Assembly: GCA_964422035.1 (NCBI GenBank) | Contig: CAYQZQ010000002.1 | Location: 1,612-65,611 of the forward strand | DNA: 64,000 nt | Source: an uncultured Pseudomonadales bacterium | Lineage (GTDB): Bacteria; Patescibacteriota; Microgenomatia; UBA1400; Chazhemtobacteraceae | Direction: 5' to 3' | Shown: one piece after another, positions 35,585-45,555 of the stretch | Layout: every line of letters begins with the position of its first letter | Position numbering within the stretch: position 1 is the first letter of the stretch | Translations under genes and position numbers: made by a program | The notes under the pieces: model-generated | Database searches by the model: none | What the model saw: only the letters and a program-made list of their open reading frames with translations | Told to the model about the DNA's origin: nothing

Positions 35585-36700
35585 ATGCTTGAGCCTGAGT
35601 ATCAAATAACGAATGAAATTTTGAAAAATATTGGTGTGATTGAGGCGGCAAAGGAGGTTATTAATAACGCTCCATTGGTGCCGGCTTGGGAAGCAAGATT
35701 TAAGGAAGAGGCAAGGGTAAAAACGGTACATTATGGCACACATGTTGAAGGTAATGATTTAACGTTTGAGCAGGCCCAGAAAATTGTTCAAGAAAAGTCA
35801 GAAAGAGATGAAAATGCTATGGAGGTGGCAAGGAGAGCCAGAGTGGTGGCTAGAGATAGAGATGTCCAAGAGGTAATAAATTATCGCAATGTGTTGGATT
35901 ACATTGATAGGAAAGTGAAAGAGTCTAGGGAGTTAGAAAAGGATGGGTTTGAATACACTAAAAGGCAAATGTTGGAGATGCATGCTCTAAGTGTGGAAAA
36001 GATTATGTCAGTTGATGAGGTGGGTGTTTTTCGTGATAAGCAAGTAGTTATTAGAGGAGTTAGAAAGGGCGATATTGTAAGGAGGCCGCCTAACGCAGTC
36101 GAGGTTCCTTATCAAGTTGAAGCATTTTTTAAATGGCTTAATAGTGAGGAAGCCAATAAGATACATCCGGTTTTAAGAGCAGGAATAGTTCATTATGAGT
36201 TATCCAGAATTCATCCATTTACAGAAGGTAATGGAAGGACGGCAAGAGGAATGGTTTTGCTTTTGTTGGCGATTGAGAACATTGATGCTAGAAGATTTTT
36301 TAGTATCGAAGAACATTTTGATAAGAATATAGTTGACTATTACGATGCTTTTATAAAAGTGGAAGAAGCGGGGGGAGAGATGACAGAGTGGTTGGAGTTT
36401 TTTAGTAAAGCTTTGGCAGTTGAGATGGAAAAGGTTAAAGAGAGAATAAAAAGAATTTCTATGGATAGTAGATTAAGAGGAAAGATGGGAAAACAAGTAG
36501 CTTTGAAAGAAAGGCAGATTAAGCTGATTGAGTATTTGGAGTCACATGAATGGTTGAGGATGAGTGAGGCAAGAAAAATCTTGCCGATGGTAAGTGATGA
36601 TACAATCTTGCGTGATATTAAGGATTTAATGGATAAGGATTTATTGAAGAAAAAGGGGAAGACTAAAGGTGCTCGTTATGCGTTAAAATCATTATCATGA
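35585..36700 (+). CDS. Fic/DOC-family protein (predicted AMPylase) with a C-terminal winged-helix domain
   Basis: 371 aa. Canonical Fic motif HPFTEGNGRTARGM (HPFx[DE]GNGRxxR). The C-terminal about 70 aa look like wHTH. Its stop overlaps the ligase start (ATGA). Confidence 0.85.
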   Translation: MLEPEYQITNEILKNIGVIEAAKEVINNAPLVPAWEARFKEEARVKTVHYGTHVEGNDLTFEQAQKIVQEKSERDENAMEVARRARVVARDRDVQEVINYRNVLDYIDRKVKESRELEKDGFEYTKRQMLEMHALSVEKIMSVDEVGVFRDKQVVIRGVRKGDIVRRPPNAVEVPYQVEAFFKWLNSEEANKIHPVLRAGIVHYELSRIHPFTEGNGRTARGMVLLLLAIENIDARRFFSIEEHFDKNIVDYYDAFIKVEEAGGEMTEWLEFFSKALAVEMEKVKERIKRISMDSRLRGKMGKQVALKERQIKLIEYLESHEWLRMSEARKILPMVSDDTILRDIKDLMDKDLLKKKGKTKGARYALKSLS

Positions 36701-38397
36701 AGATAGGAAAACTTGCAGAGAAATTACAGACGATAGAAAATACAGACTCGCGAAATGAGATGATCGTGCTTTTGGCTGATTTATTTGAAGAAGCTGATGT
36801 GGAAGAGGTGGATAAATTGGTCTATTTGAGTTTGGGTAGGTTAGGCTCTTTATTTGATAATCCGGAGTTTAATTTGGCTGAAAAACAAGTTCAAAAAGCA
36901 ATAACAAGAGCATATGAAAAAGATCTGAAGAGCGTAAATGAGCTGTATAAAGATATTGGGGATTTGGGGAAGGTAGCTGAAAAATTGGCATCAGACGATG
37001 AGGGTAATGGTTTTAGTGTTACGGAGGTGTGGGAGAGTTTAAAAAGAATAGCAGATGATAAGGGTGAGGGTAGTCAAGATAGGAAGATTCAAAATCTAGC
37101 TGACTTGTTAGATAAGATTGAGCCATTGGCGGCTAGATATGTGGTGAGAGTGGTAATTGGTAAATTGAGATTGGGGTTTTCTGATAAGACGGTTTTAGAT
37201 GCAGTTTCGTGGATGAAAAGAGGAGATAAAAGTGCCAAGGGTGAGTTAAAAAGAGCTTATCAAGTTCATCCTGATGTAGGTCGAGTTATTTATATGGCAA
37301 AGAAAGTCGGTATTGAAAAAACTGTGGAAGACACAAAGCTTGAGTTGGGAGTGCCGATAAGTCCGATGCTGTGCCAAAGATTGAAGACTACTAAAGAGAT
37401 GGTTGAGAAGATGGGTAAAGTGGCGGTGGAGCCTAAGTTTGATGGTCAAAGAGTTCAGATTCACTTTAAAAGAGATGGGAAAAAATGGAAAGCAAGAGCA
37501 TACACAAGAAACTTGGAGGAAATAAGCCATATGTTGCCTGAGTTGGACAGGTTGAGTGAGGAGGTAGAAGTGGATGAGTTAATTTTGGACAGTGAAGCGG
37601 TGGGATATGATCCTGAAACAGGTGAGATGTTGTCTTTTCAGAAAACTATGACGAGAAAAAGAAAACATGAAGTTCAAAGTCAGGCGGATAAGATTCCTTT
37701 AAAGTTTTATGTTTTTGATGTTTTATATATTGATGGAGAGAGCCTGGTTGACAAAGGTTATCAAGAAAGAAGGAAAAGGTTACAAGAGGTTGTTGGTAAA
37801 GGAGATTTGTTAATTGTTGATGAGCATTGGGAGACTGATGATGCAGATGCAATTAGAGAGCGTCATCATCAACTGGTCAATAGAGGACTGGAGGGAGTAA
37901 TTGTGAAAAAACTTGATAGTAAGTATGTGCCAGGCAGAACAGGCTGGAGATGGGTGAAGATGAAAGAAGATGAAGATTCTCACGCGAAGTTGATTGATAC
38001 TGTTGATTGTGTGGTGATGGGTTATTACAAGGGAAAGGGAAAAAGAGCGCAGTTTGGAGTGGGGGCCTTTTTGGCAGGGGTGAGAAAAGAGAAAGACATT
38101 GTAACTATTACAAAAGTGGGAACGGGATTGACGGATGATCAATTTAAGGATTTAAAAGATAGGCTTGATAAATTAGAGGTGAAAGATAAACCTAAAGAAT
38201 ACAAAGTTGATAAGAATATGGAGCCTGATGTCTGGGTTTCAGCTGATTTGATGGTTGAGCTTGCGGCTGATGAGGTGACAAAAAGTCCTATACATACTGC
38301 GGGCGTAGCACTTCGTTTTCCAAGACTGATTCGATTTAGGGATGATAAAAATGTTGATCAAGCAACTTCTTTGGAGGAAGTTGAGAGCATGAGTTAA
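36697..38397 (+). CDS. ATP-dependent DNA ligase
   Basis: 566 aa. Adenylation motif I VEPKFDGQRVQIH (KxDGxR), motif III/IV region (FYVFDVLYIDGE), motif V (EGVIVKK) and an OB-fold C-terminus. Confidence 0.85.
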   Translation: MKIGKLAEKLQTIENTDSRNEMIVLLADLFEEADVEEVDKLVYLSLGRLGSLFDNPEFNLAEKQVQKAITRAYEKDLKSVNELYKDIGDLGKVAEKLASDDEGNGFSVTEVWESLKRIADDKGEGSQDRKIQNLADLLDKIEPLAARYVVRVVIGKLRLGFSDKTVLDAVSWMKRGDKSAKGELKRAYQVHPDVGRVIYMAKKVGIEKTVEDTKLELGVPISPMLCQRLKTTKEMVEKMGKVAVEPKFDGQRVQIHFKRDGKKWKARAYTRNLEEISHMLPELDRLSEEVEVDELILDSEAVGYDPETGEMLSFQKTMTRKRKHEVQSQADKIPLKFYVFDVLYIDGESLVDKGYQERRKRLQEVVGKGDLLIVDEHWETDDADAIRERHHQLVNRGLEGVIVKKLDSKYVPGRTGWRWVKMKEDEDSHAKLIDTVDCVVMGYYKGKGKRAQFGVGAFLAGVRKEKDIVTITKVGTGLTDDQFKDLKDRLDKLEVKDKPKEYKVDKNMEPDVWVSADLMVELAADEVTKSPIHTAGVALRFPRLIRFRDDKNVDQATSLEEVESMS

Positions 38398-38418
38398 GTT
38401 TAAAAAAGATGATGTATA

Positions 38419-40989
38419 TTGAATAGTATGGATAAGTGGCTTGAGGGTCTAAGTTCTAATGAAGCAAAAAAGAGAATTGGTGAGTATGGTGAAAATAAGA
38501 TTGCTGGCAAAAAGAGGTTGGTGGGATTAAAGATATTTTTAAATCAGTTTAAGTCACCTCTGGTTTATGTTTTACTTTTTGCTGCTATAGTAACGTTTTT
38601 TTTGGGAGAGTATATTGATACAGGGGTAATTCTGTTTGCAGTAGTGGTGAATACAGTTTTAGGTTTTATTCAAGAATATCGAGCAGAAAAGAGCTTGGAA
38701 GCTTTGAAAGATGTTTTATCTCCTAAAGCTCAAGTATATCGAGATGGGGAATTAAAAATGATTGAGGTGGAAAAGTTAGTTCCAGGTGATGTGGTGTTTT
38801 TATCAGATGAGCACAAAGTACCAGCTGATGGGGTTTTAATTAAGGAAGACGGATTGTTTACTGGTGAAGCAGTTTTGACAGGTGAGAGTGCACCGGTTGA
38901 GAAATTTGATTGTGAAGATGAGAAGTGTAAAGGGGTTGAAGAAATTGAGAAATTAAGGGGATTTTTTGATCAAATTGACAACAAGTACTTGGCTTTTATG
39001 GGTACGGAGGTAAAAATGGGAGTAGGAAAGATGCTAGTGGTGAGGACTGGCGGAGAGACGGAGATGGGGAAGGTTGCTAGTTCAATTAAAGAAGCTCCTG
39101 AAGAAAAAACTCCTTTGCAAGAGAAGGTGGCAAAGTTAAGTAGGCAATTGGCAATTTTGGTTGGAATAATTTCAACAGCTGTTTTGGTGATTGGCTTGTC
39201 AGTAGGTGATGAGTTGGCTGAGATTTTTCCTACGGCTGTAGCTTTGGCGGTGGCAGCCATTCCTGAAGGATTGGTTGTGTCGTTGACAGTAATATTGGCA
39301 ATTGGAATGCAGAAAATACTAAAAAGGAATGCTGTGGTGAGAAAGTTAACTGCAGCTGAGACCTTGGGAAGTGTGGACGTTATTTGTGCTGATAAGACAG
39401 GAACATTAACAGAGGGCAAGATGAGAGTTACGCAAGCAATTACTGGTTTGAGTGGAGAAGAAGAGAGTGATGTTCGAGAGCTAGTTAAAGCAACAGTTTT
39501 ATGTAATGACCATCGTGATCCATTGGAGGTGGGTATGAGTGAGTGGGCGCATAGAAAAGGTAAAGAGCTTGAGATAAATGTATCTTCTTTAGACGAAGAG
39601 TATAGCAGAGTTGATGGTATTCCTTTTACATCTAAAAATCGCTATAAGGCCACTTTAAATGAATATGAGGATAAACAAAGATTTTATATTAGCGGGGCTC
39701 CAGAGTTAGTTGTTGAAAAAACAACACTAAGTGATGATGAGAAGAAGAAGTGGAAAGAAAGATTTGCTGCTATGGGAAGTAAAGGATATCGATTGGTTGG
39801 TTTTGGTTATAAAGATGTAGAAGGAGAAAAAAAAGTTTTAGAGGATAAGTTGAAGGATATGAAGTGGATGGGGTTTTTGGCTTATGAAGATCCGGTTAGA
39901 GAAGGAGTGGAAAGGGTAATTGAGGATGTTCAAAAGGCGGGAATATCGGTTAAGGTAATAACGGGAGACTATCGAGAGACAGCTGTGGCTATATTGCGTC
40001 AGATTGGCTTGTTGGGCGATGATGTGGAAGGGAAGGTTGTTGAGGGATCTGAGCTGGAGGGGTTAAGTAGTAAAGAGTTGGCTAAGTTGATCGATGAGGT
40101 GGTTTTGTTTGCTAGAACAAGCCCTGAACAGAAGTTGAAAATAGTGAAAGCTCTCAAGGAGAAAGATCATGTTGTGGCGATGACGGGAGATGGTGTGAAT
40201 GATGCTCCAGCTTTGAAAAGAGCTGATATTGGAATTGTAGTAAGTAGTGCTAGCGATGTTAGTCAAGAAACTGCTGATATGGTTCTTTTAGATAACAACT
40301 TTAAAACTATTGTGGCAGCTATAAAGGAGGGGCGAGGAATTTATGATAATTTAAAGAAGATTATTGTTTATCTTTTATCTGATGCTTTTGCTGAGATTAT
40401 TGTAGTAACAGTAAGTATAGCTTTAGGATGGCCTTTGCCGTTAGTGGCGGTTCAGATCTTGTGGATTAATTTGGTAAGTGATGGTTTTCCTGATTTGGCT
40501 TTGACTGTTGAACCAAGTGAGCGAGATGTTTTGGCTGATCCACCTAGGAAAAAAAGTGAACATATTATTGATAGTGAAGTTTTGACTTTAATTATCTTGA
40601 TATCAATTGTGGCTTCATTGACAACTTTGGGAGCGTTCTTTTATTTCTGGCATGGACTAGATGCAGAAGTGATACATGCAAGAACGGTCGCATTTGCGAT
40701 GTTAGGTGTTAATTCGTTGTTTTATGTCTTTTCTTCACGCAGTTTGTCTCAGCCGGTGTGGCGAGTAAGAATTGGAAGGAATAAGTGGTTGCTTTGGGCA
40801 GTGTTAGTAGGTTTGATTTTGCAGGTATCAGTGATATACGTGCCTGTTTTACAGCATGTGTTTCAAACAGTGGCTTTGGGATGGTTTGAATGGGGAGTTG
40901 TGGTGGGAGGGTCACTTTTATTGATGGCTGTGGTTGAGGGTGTGAAGTTTGCTTATACAAGTGATAAATGGTTGAATAAAAAAAGATGA
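38419..40989 (+). CDS. P-type cation-transporting ATPase (type IIA Ca2+-ATPase-like)
   Basis: 856 aa. TGES, the phosphorylation site ICADKTGTLT, the hinge MTGDGVNDAPALKRADIG, and 10 predicted TM helices. Confidence 0.85.
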   Translation: MNSMDKWLEGLSSNEAKKRIGEYGENKIAGKKRLVGLKIFLNQFKSPLVYVLLFAAIVTFFLGEYIDTGVILFAVVVNTVLGFIQEYRAEKSLEALKDVLSPKAQVYRDGELKMIEVEKLVPGDVVFLSDEHKVPADGVLIKEDGLFTGEAVLTGESAPVEKFDCEDEKCKGVEEIEKLRGFFDQIDNKYLAFMGTEVKMGVGKMLVVRTGGETEMGKVASSIKEAPEEKTPLQEKVAKLSRQLAILVGIISTAVLVIGLSVGDELAEIFPTAVALAVAAIPEGLVVSLTVILAIGMQKILKRNAVVRKLTAAETLGSVDVICADKTGTLTEGKMRVTQAITGLSGEEESDVRELVKATVLCNDHRDPLEVGMSEWAHRKGKELEINVSSLDEEYSRVDGIPFTSKNRYKATLNEYEDKQRFYISGAPELVVEKTTLSDDEKKKWKERFAAMGSKGYRLVGFGYKDVEGEKKVLEDKLKDMKWMGFLAYEDPVREGVERVIEDVQKAGISVKVITGDYRETAVAILRQIGLLGDDVEGKVVEGSELEGLSSKELAKLIDEVVLFARTSPEQKLKIVKALKEKDHVVAMTGDGVNDAPALKRADIGIVVSSASDVSQETADMVLLDNNFKTIVAAIKEGRGIYDNLKKIIVYLLSDAFAEIIVVTVSIALGWPLPLVAVQILWINLVSDGFPDLALTVEPSERDVLADPPRKKSEHIIDSEVLTLIILISIVASLTTLGAFFYFWHGLDAEVIHARTVAFAMLGVNSLFYVFSSRSLSQPVWRVRIGRNKWLLWAVLVGLILQVSVIYVPVLQHVFQTVALGWFEWGVVVGGSLLLMAVVEGVKFAYTSDKWLNKKR

Positions 40990-42023
40990 CTACGTTGACG
41001 GTTTTGAAAATTTTACTGATGATGATGGGGGCTTTTATCTTGATTAAGGCATCTAATATTGTGGTTAAGGGTCTGAATCGTTTGTCAAAAACGGCTCATT
41101 GGAGGAAGTTTGGGATAGCAGCTGTAATTTTAGCTTTATCGACCAGTTTACCGGAGTTGTCGGTAGGGATTATTACTGCAATTAATAAAACACCCGCCTT
41201 AAGTTTGGGGAATGTGGTGGGAAGTAATGTGGCAAATATTTCACTTGTAATGGGTGGGGCGGCTTTGATGTCGGGTAGTGTGGCGGTGATAGGAAGTTAC
41301 TTAAAAAGAGATTTTATTTTGGCTTTTTTGGCGGGCAGTTTACCACTTTTGTTGTTGATGGATGGAAAGCTGGGAAGAGTGGACGGGGTTATTTTGTTAT
41401 CTGCATATGGATATTATCTTTTTTCTGTGGTTCACAAAAAACATGTTAAGGCAATGAGGACAGATAAAGAGGGTTTAATGGGAAGGTTTTTAAGAAAATT
41501 TGAAGTATTGGGTAAGTCGTCAGTGAGAAAGTCAATGGTGCAGGTCATGTTAGGATTGGGGCTCCTATTGTTTTCGGGTCAGGTTATTGTGAGGTTGGGT
41601 ATTCAGGTAGCTGAGGATTTACATATGCCAGTACTATTGGTAGGTTTATTTATAGTGGCGGTCGGAACTAGTTTGCCAGAATTGGTTTTGGCGACAAAAG
41701 CGATTGCTGAAAAGGAGGTTGCGTTAGTTTTTGGGAACTTATTGGGAAGCACGGTTGCTAATTCGACATTGATTATTGGTTTGGTGGCAGTTTTGTCTCC
41801 GATTGAAATTGTTGCGGTTCGTTCTTATTTTTTGGCTACGATTGCTTATATTATCTTATTTTGGCTTTTTTGGTTGTTTACAAAAACAAAGAAAAGGCTG
41901 GATAGATGGGAAGGTGCTTTGTTGCTAGTGGGTTATTTGTTGTTTTTAGGGTTGGAGTTGATAAAAGAGAATGGATGGGGGTTGGGGCTACCGAATTGGT
42001 TTCAGTGGATATTGGGAAGGTAG
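40986..42023 (+). CDS. Ca2+/cation antiporter (CaCA family, YrbG-like)
   Basis: 345 aa. Two alpha-repeat signatures, GNVVGSNVANISLVMG and GNLLGSTVANSTLIIG. It overlaps the ATPase gene stop by 4 nt. Confidence 0.8.
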   Translation: MTTLTVLKILLMMMGAFILIKASNIVVKGLNRLSKTAHWRKFGIAAVILALSTSLPELSVGIITAINKTPALSLGNVVGSNVANISLVMGGAALMSGSVAVIGSYLKRDFILAFLAGSLPLLLLMDGKLGRVDGVILLSAYGYYLFSVVHKKHVKAMRTDKEGLMGRFLRKFEVLGKSSVRKSMVQVMLGLGLLLFSGQVIVRLGIQVAEDLHMPVLLVGLFIVAVGTSLPELVLATKAIAEKEVALVFGNLLGSTVANSTLIIGLVAVLSPIEIVAVRSYFLATIAYIILFWLFWLFTKTKKRLDRWEGALLLVGYLLFLGLELIKENGWGLGLPNWFQWILGR

Positions 42024-42027
42024 AAAT

Positions 42028-43434
42028 TTATTTGGATTTTTTGTTTTTCAGGAAAAAATAACCTAGAGATGAGATGAGCATGGTGATGCCTGAGATTAGC
42101 CAGGTTGAACCAGGAATGCGAGAGATTCCTTTTAGTTTTTTGGAAGTTTTGGGAAAGGGTTTTTTGGTTCTGCTTTGAAGCTGATTGATTTTGTTTATAA
42201 GAAAGTCTTTTGTTTTGCCGGTAGTGACTTTTGTAGTTAAGTTGATTAGGGTGTTTTTTTGTTTTTGAGTGGGGGTTGGTTTTTGTACAATTAATTTTTG
42301 ATATGCAAGAGTGGTTTTTTTAACTATGTTTGACCAGCTGAGCTTAGAGACACGGTCTTGTGCGTTTTGGCAAAGATTTTTATATTCCTGATCTGATAAT
42401 TGGCAGACTCGTTGGATTTTTTGGGCAAATTCTTGAGGAGAGGTGTTTATATCGAGTTTATAACCAACGTCTTTATTGATGAGTTGGTCAATCGTTTCGT
42501 TTGAAAGTCCAAGTACGGGTGTGCCGGAAGCTAGGGACTCGATTACTGCCAGGCTTTGAACCTCTTTTTTTGATGCTGAAACGAAAAGATGAGAGTTTGA
42601 GAGGTAGTGGGGAATTTTATCATGATCAACTTTGCCAAGGAATTTAACATTGTCTAGATTATTATCTTGGCAGTACTTTTTTAATTTATCGGCAAAGTTA
42701 GGATTAAGTGGGGTTCCAAGGAGTTGAAGTTGGTAGTTTTTTGGTAGAAACTTCATGACTTTAATTAAAAAATCTTGATTTTTTCGCTCTGCTAGGTAGC
42801 CGATGAAGATTAGAGTTTTTTGTTTTTGCTTTATATCTGGAAAGTTTAGTGATCGGTATTTTTCGAGGTTTCTGCCATTAGGAATCATAAATATTTTCCC
42901 TTTGTAATTGAATTGGCGGATTGATTCGGCCGCGATTTGATTGAGGGCGATTAGGGCATCACAGTTTTTATAGAAATCGGAAAGAATTCTTTTGGTGATA
43001 GCTTCACTGAAAGATTCAGGAATAATTTTGATGTTTAGGGCTTCATTGGTGCCAAATTCAAGCGCTTTTGAGGGAAGAATGTGAGCTGTGTGAACAAAGG
43101 GGACTAGATTCATTTTTGCCCATATTTGTCCGATTAGGCCTAGTAGGACAGGGTCGTGGGCGTGTATTACATCAGGTTGAAAATCATTTAGAAAGTTAAA
43201 TATCTCTTTGACTGTTTTTTGGGAAAGATTGGGGAAGTGAATATCTTTTTGTTCTGCACTTTTGACTCCAAAAGATTTAAGACCGTGCTTGGTTGTTTGT
43301 AGGCCGGTTTCTTGAGCGGGGTAGATTATTGCTGTTTGGTGGGATTTGGCAAAACTTTGAGCAAGTTCGTGAGCTACTCTACCTGCTCCACCACCGGTTT
43401 CCTCTTTAAATTGAGATGTGAATACTACTTTCAT
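42028..43434 (-). CDS. Glycosyltransferase family 4 with a C-terminal Lys/Thr-rich extension and a TM anchor
   Basis: 468 aa. N-terminal GT4 donor/acceptor domain (GGAGRVAHELAQSF) and a C-terminal GT4 core (LASGTPVLG). The last about 90 aa are low-complexity plus one TM helix. Confidence 0.7.
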   Translation of the reverse strand: MKVVFTSQFKEETGGGAGRVAHELAQSFAKSHQTAIIYPAQETGLQTTKHGLKSFGVKSAEQKDIHFPNLSQKTVKEIFNFLNDFQPDVIHAHDPVLLGLIGQIWAKMNLVPFVHTAHILPSKALEFGTNEALNIKIIPESFSEAITKRILSDFYKNCDALIALNQIAAESIRQFNYKGKIFMIPNGRNLEKYRSLNFPDIKQKQKTLIFIGYLAERKNQDFLIKVMKFLPKNYQLQLLGTPLNPNFADKLKKYCQDNNLDNVKFLGKVDHDKIPHYLSNSHLFVSASKKEVQSLAVIESLASGTPVLGLSNETIDQLINKDVGYKLDINTSPQEFAQKIQRVCQLSDQEYKNLCQNAQDRVSKLSWSNIVKKTTLAYQKLIVQKPTPTQKQKNTLINLTTKVTTGKTKDFLINKINQLQSRTKKPFPKTSKKLKGISRIPGSTWLISGITMLISSLGYFFLKNKKSK

Positions 43435-43471
43435 TGCTGGTATTGCATCGAATAATTATTTACAATTGTAC

Positions 43472-43990
43472 ATGATGATGTTGGTTATAGGTTTGGGCAA
43501 TCCAGGTGAGAAATATAAAGGCACAAGGCATAATGTGGGTTGTATGGTTGTTGATAAGTTAAGTGAGGAGTTGGGCTTGAAATTTTCAGAAAAGGGGAAG
43601 TTTAATGCTGAAATTGCAAAAGGGGAAGAAATGGTTTTGGTTAAGTCGTTGAGTTTTATGAATAAGTCAGGAGAAGTAGTTAGTAGGTTAGTGAATTTTT
43701 ATAAAGTGTCTTTGGATGATGTTGTGGTGGTGTTTGATGATCTTGATTTGAGACTGGGAAGTTTTAAGATTCAAAAGAAAAAAGGGCCAGGAGATCATAA
43801 TGGTTTGCTTTCTATTGAGCGACAACTTGGTGATGATGATTTTTGGAGAATAAGAATGGGAATAGATAATAGAGAGAACCGGGAGATGGAGGGGAAGGAT
43901 TATGTGCTTGATAGGTTTGCAAAAGATGAAAAAGAGAAAATTGGTAAAGTGATAGAAGAGGTTGTTGATGAATTAATGAAAAGAAGATAA
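43472..43990 (+). CDS. pth: Peptidyl-tRNA hydrolase
   Basis: Motifs LVIGLGNPGEKYKGTRHNVG and FKIQKKKGPGDHNGL. Start was placed at the MMM run inside ORF 43418..43990. Confidence 0.85.
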   Translation: MMMLVIGLGNPGEKYKGTRHNVGCMVVDKLSEELGLKFSEKGKFNAEIAKGEEMVLVKSLSFMNKSGEVVSRLVNFYKVSLDDVVVVFDDLDLRLGSFKIQKKKGPGDHNGLLSIERQLGDDDFWRIRMGIDNRENREMEGKDYVLDRFAKDEKEKIGKVIEEVVDELMKRR

Positions 43991-45204
43991 TGCATTTGGG
44001 TCCTTTAGATATACATTTTGGGTGGAGGCAAAAAAGAATTAGTGGTTTGCAAGCGTTTTATTGGAATATTTTGTTTAGGTCTTTGGCTATGGGGTTGATT
44101 GGGGTATTTGCTCCAGTGTTTGTTTTTTTGACGATGAAGGGTGTGGGGGGTAGTTGGATTGTTGGAGTGAGGTGGGTGATGGTGTTTGTATTGGTGCAGC
44201 GGGTTGTTGTTTGGCTGGGAGCGATTAAAACTGGTCAGATTATTGAAAAAATTGGATATAGGTGGGGAATATTGTGGGGAGTAGTTTTCCAGATATTGAT
44301 GTTGTTGTTTTTATTGGTGTCTGAGGGAGATCATAGATGGTTGTTGGTGGCGGCAATTATGTCTGGAATGGTAATTTTGTTTTACTGGATTTCTCGCTTG
44401 TCTCTATTTTCAGATGATGGAGTTGAGGAGGAGTTTGGAGAAGAGATGGGAGTGGTAACAATGCTAGAAAGAGGGTCCTCTATTTTGGCACCATTTTTGG
44501 GTGGGGTAATTATTGCGGGGTTTGGTTTTAGGATGTTGTTTGCGTTGGGAGTGGTGTTGCTGCTTGTGTCGATAGTTCCTTTGTTTTTCATGCCATATCA
44601 TGAACATGCGGATGGGATTTCATGGAGTCACTTTGTAAAGTTTTTGAAGAAAAAGAATAATAAAAAGTTAGTTCTTGGTTTTTTTGGAAGAGGAATGGAG
44701 GATTTGGTCACAATCTGGATCTGGCCTTTATTTGCATTTATCATCATTGGCACCTTTGAAGGATTAGGAGCAGTTACCTCAATAGTAATGGTGGTATCGT
44801 TATTGACGGCTTTTATGGTTGGTAAGTTGTTTGATAGAAATAGAGCCAAAGGAGGACTTGAGGATGAAAAAATTTATTGGATAGGAAGTGTAGTTACAGC
44901 TGTGACAAGATTTACAAGAAGTTTTGCCAGTTCAATGTGGGGTGTGGTGGGTTGGGATTCTTTAACTAAGATTGCAGCTCCGTTTTATTGGATCCCGTTT
45001 GGTAGCTATAGAGCTGTGGCAGCGGGAAAGGTCTCTCCAGTTGAGTTTTTTAGCTATCGAGCAATGATTTATTCGTTGGGTAGTGCAGCAATGGCTTTGT
45101 TGTCGGTACTGATGATTGGTTGGTCGGCAGGTTGGAGTTGGATATTTGGAGTAGGAGCATTAGGAGTGCTTTTGGGATTGGGAATGAGTCAAGAGAGTAA
45201 TTGA
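43990..45204 (+). CDS. Polytopic membrane protein, possibly an MFS-like transporter
   Basis: 404 aa with about 10-12 hydrophobic helices in two halves separated by a charged loop (KKKNNKK). No diagnostic motif found. Confidence 0.35.
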   Translation: MHLGPLDIHFGWRQKRISGLQAFYWNILFRSLAMGLIGVFAPVFVFLTMKGVGGSWIVGVRWVMVFVLVQRVVVWLGAIKTGQIIEKIGYRWGILWGVVFQILMLLFLLVSEGDHRWLLVAAIMSGMVILFYWISRLSLFSDDGVEEEFGEEMGVVTMLERGSSILAPFLGGVIIAGFGFRMLFALGVVLLLVSIVPLFFMPYHEHADGISWSHFVKFLKKKNNKKLVLGFFGRGMEDLVTIWIWPLFAFIIIGTFEGLGAVTSIVMVVSLLTAFMVGKLFDRNRAKGGLEDEKIYWIGSVVTAVTRFTRSFASSMWGVVGWDSLTKIAAPFYWIPFGSYRAVAAGKVSPVEFFSYRAMIYSLGSAAMALLSVLMIGWSAGWSWIFGVGALGVLLGLGMSQESN

Positions 45205-45213
45205 TAAAAATAT

Positions 45214-45555
45214 ATGGTTAATAAAAAAAACAAGAAAGACGAAAAAGAGAGAGGCGGAGAGGTAAAGAGTATAAGCAATATCTTGGATAATTATACGGTT
45301 GAGAAAGAGAAGCAGAGGAGGATCAGTCAGGAGTTTCAAGATTATGCTTATAGATTGGCTTTAGAGCTTGATGATGAGAAGCACAAGAGCTTGTATATGA
45401 AATTAGCCAAAGAAAAGGATAGAGCCTTACTGGAAGAGGTTAAAAGCTTTGTTAAGGGGGCATCAGATGTTGAAAATAAGGGAGCTCTGTTTATGTGGAA
45501 GTTAAAGCATTTGGAACAGGAAAGAAAAAAGAAAAAAGAAAATGAGATTGAGTAG
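45214..45555 (+). CDS. Hypothetical Lys/Glu-rich coiled-coil protein
   Basis: 113-aa ORF. It overlaps the downstream glycosylase gene start. No recognisable domain. Confidence 0.35.
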   Translation: MVNKKNKKDEKERGGEVKSISNILDNYTVEKEKQRRISQEFQDYAYRLALELDDEKHKSLYMKLAKEKDRALLEEVKSFVKGASDVENKGALFMWKLKHLEQERKKKKENEIE

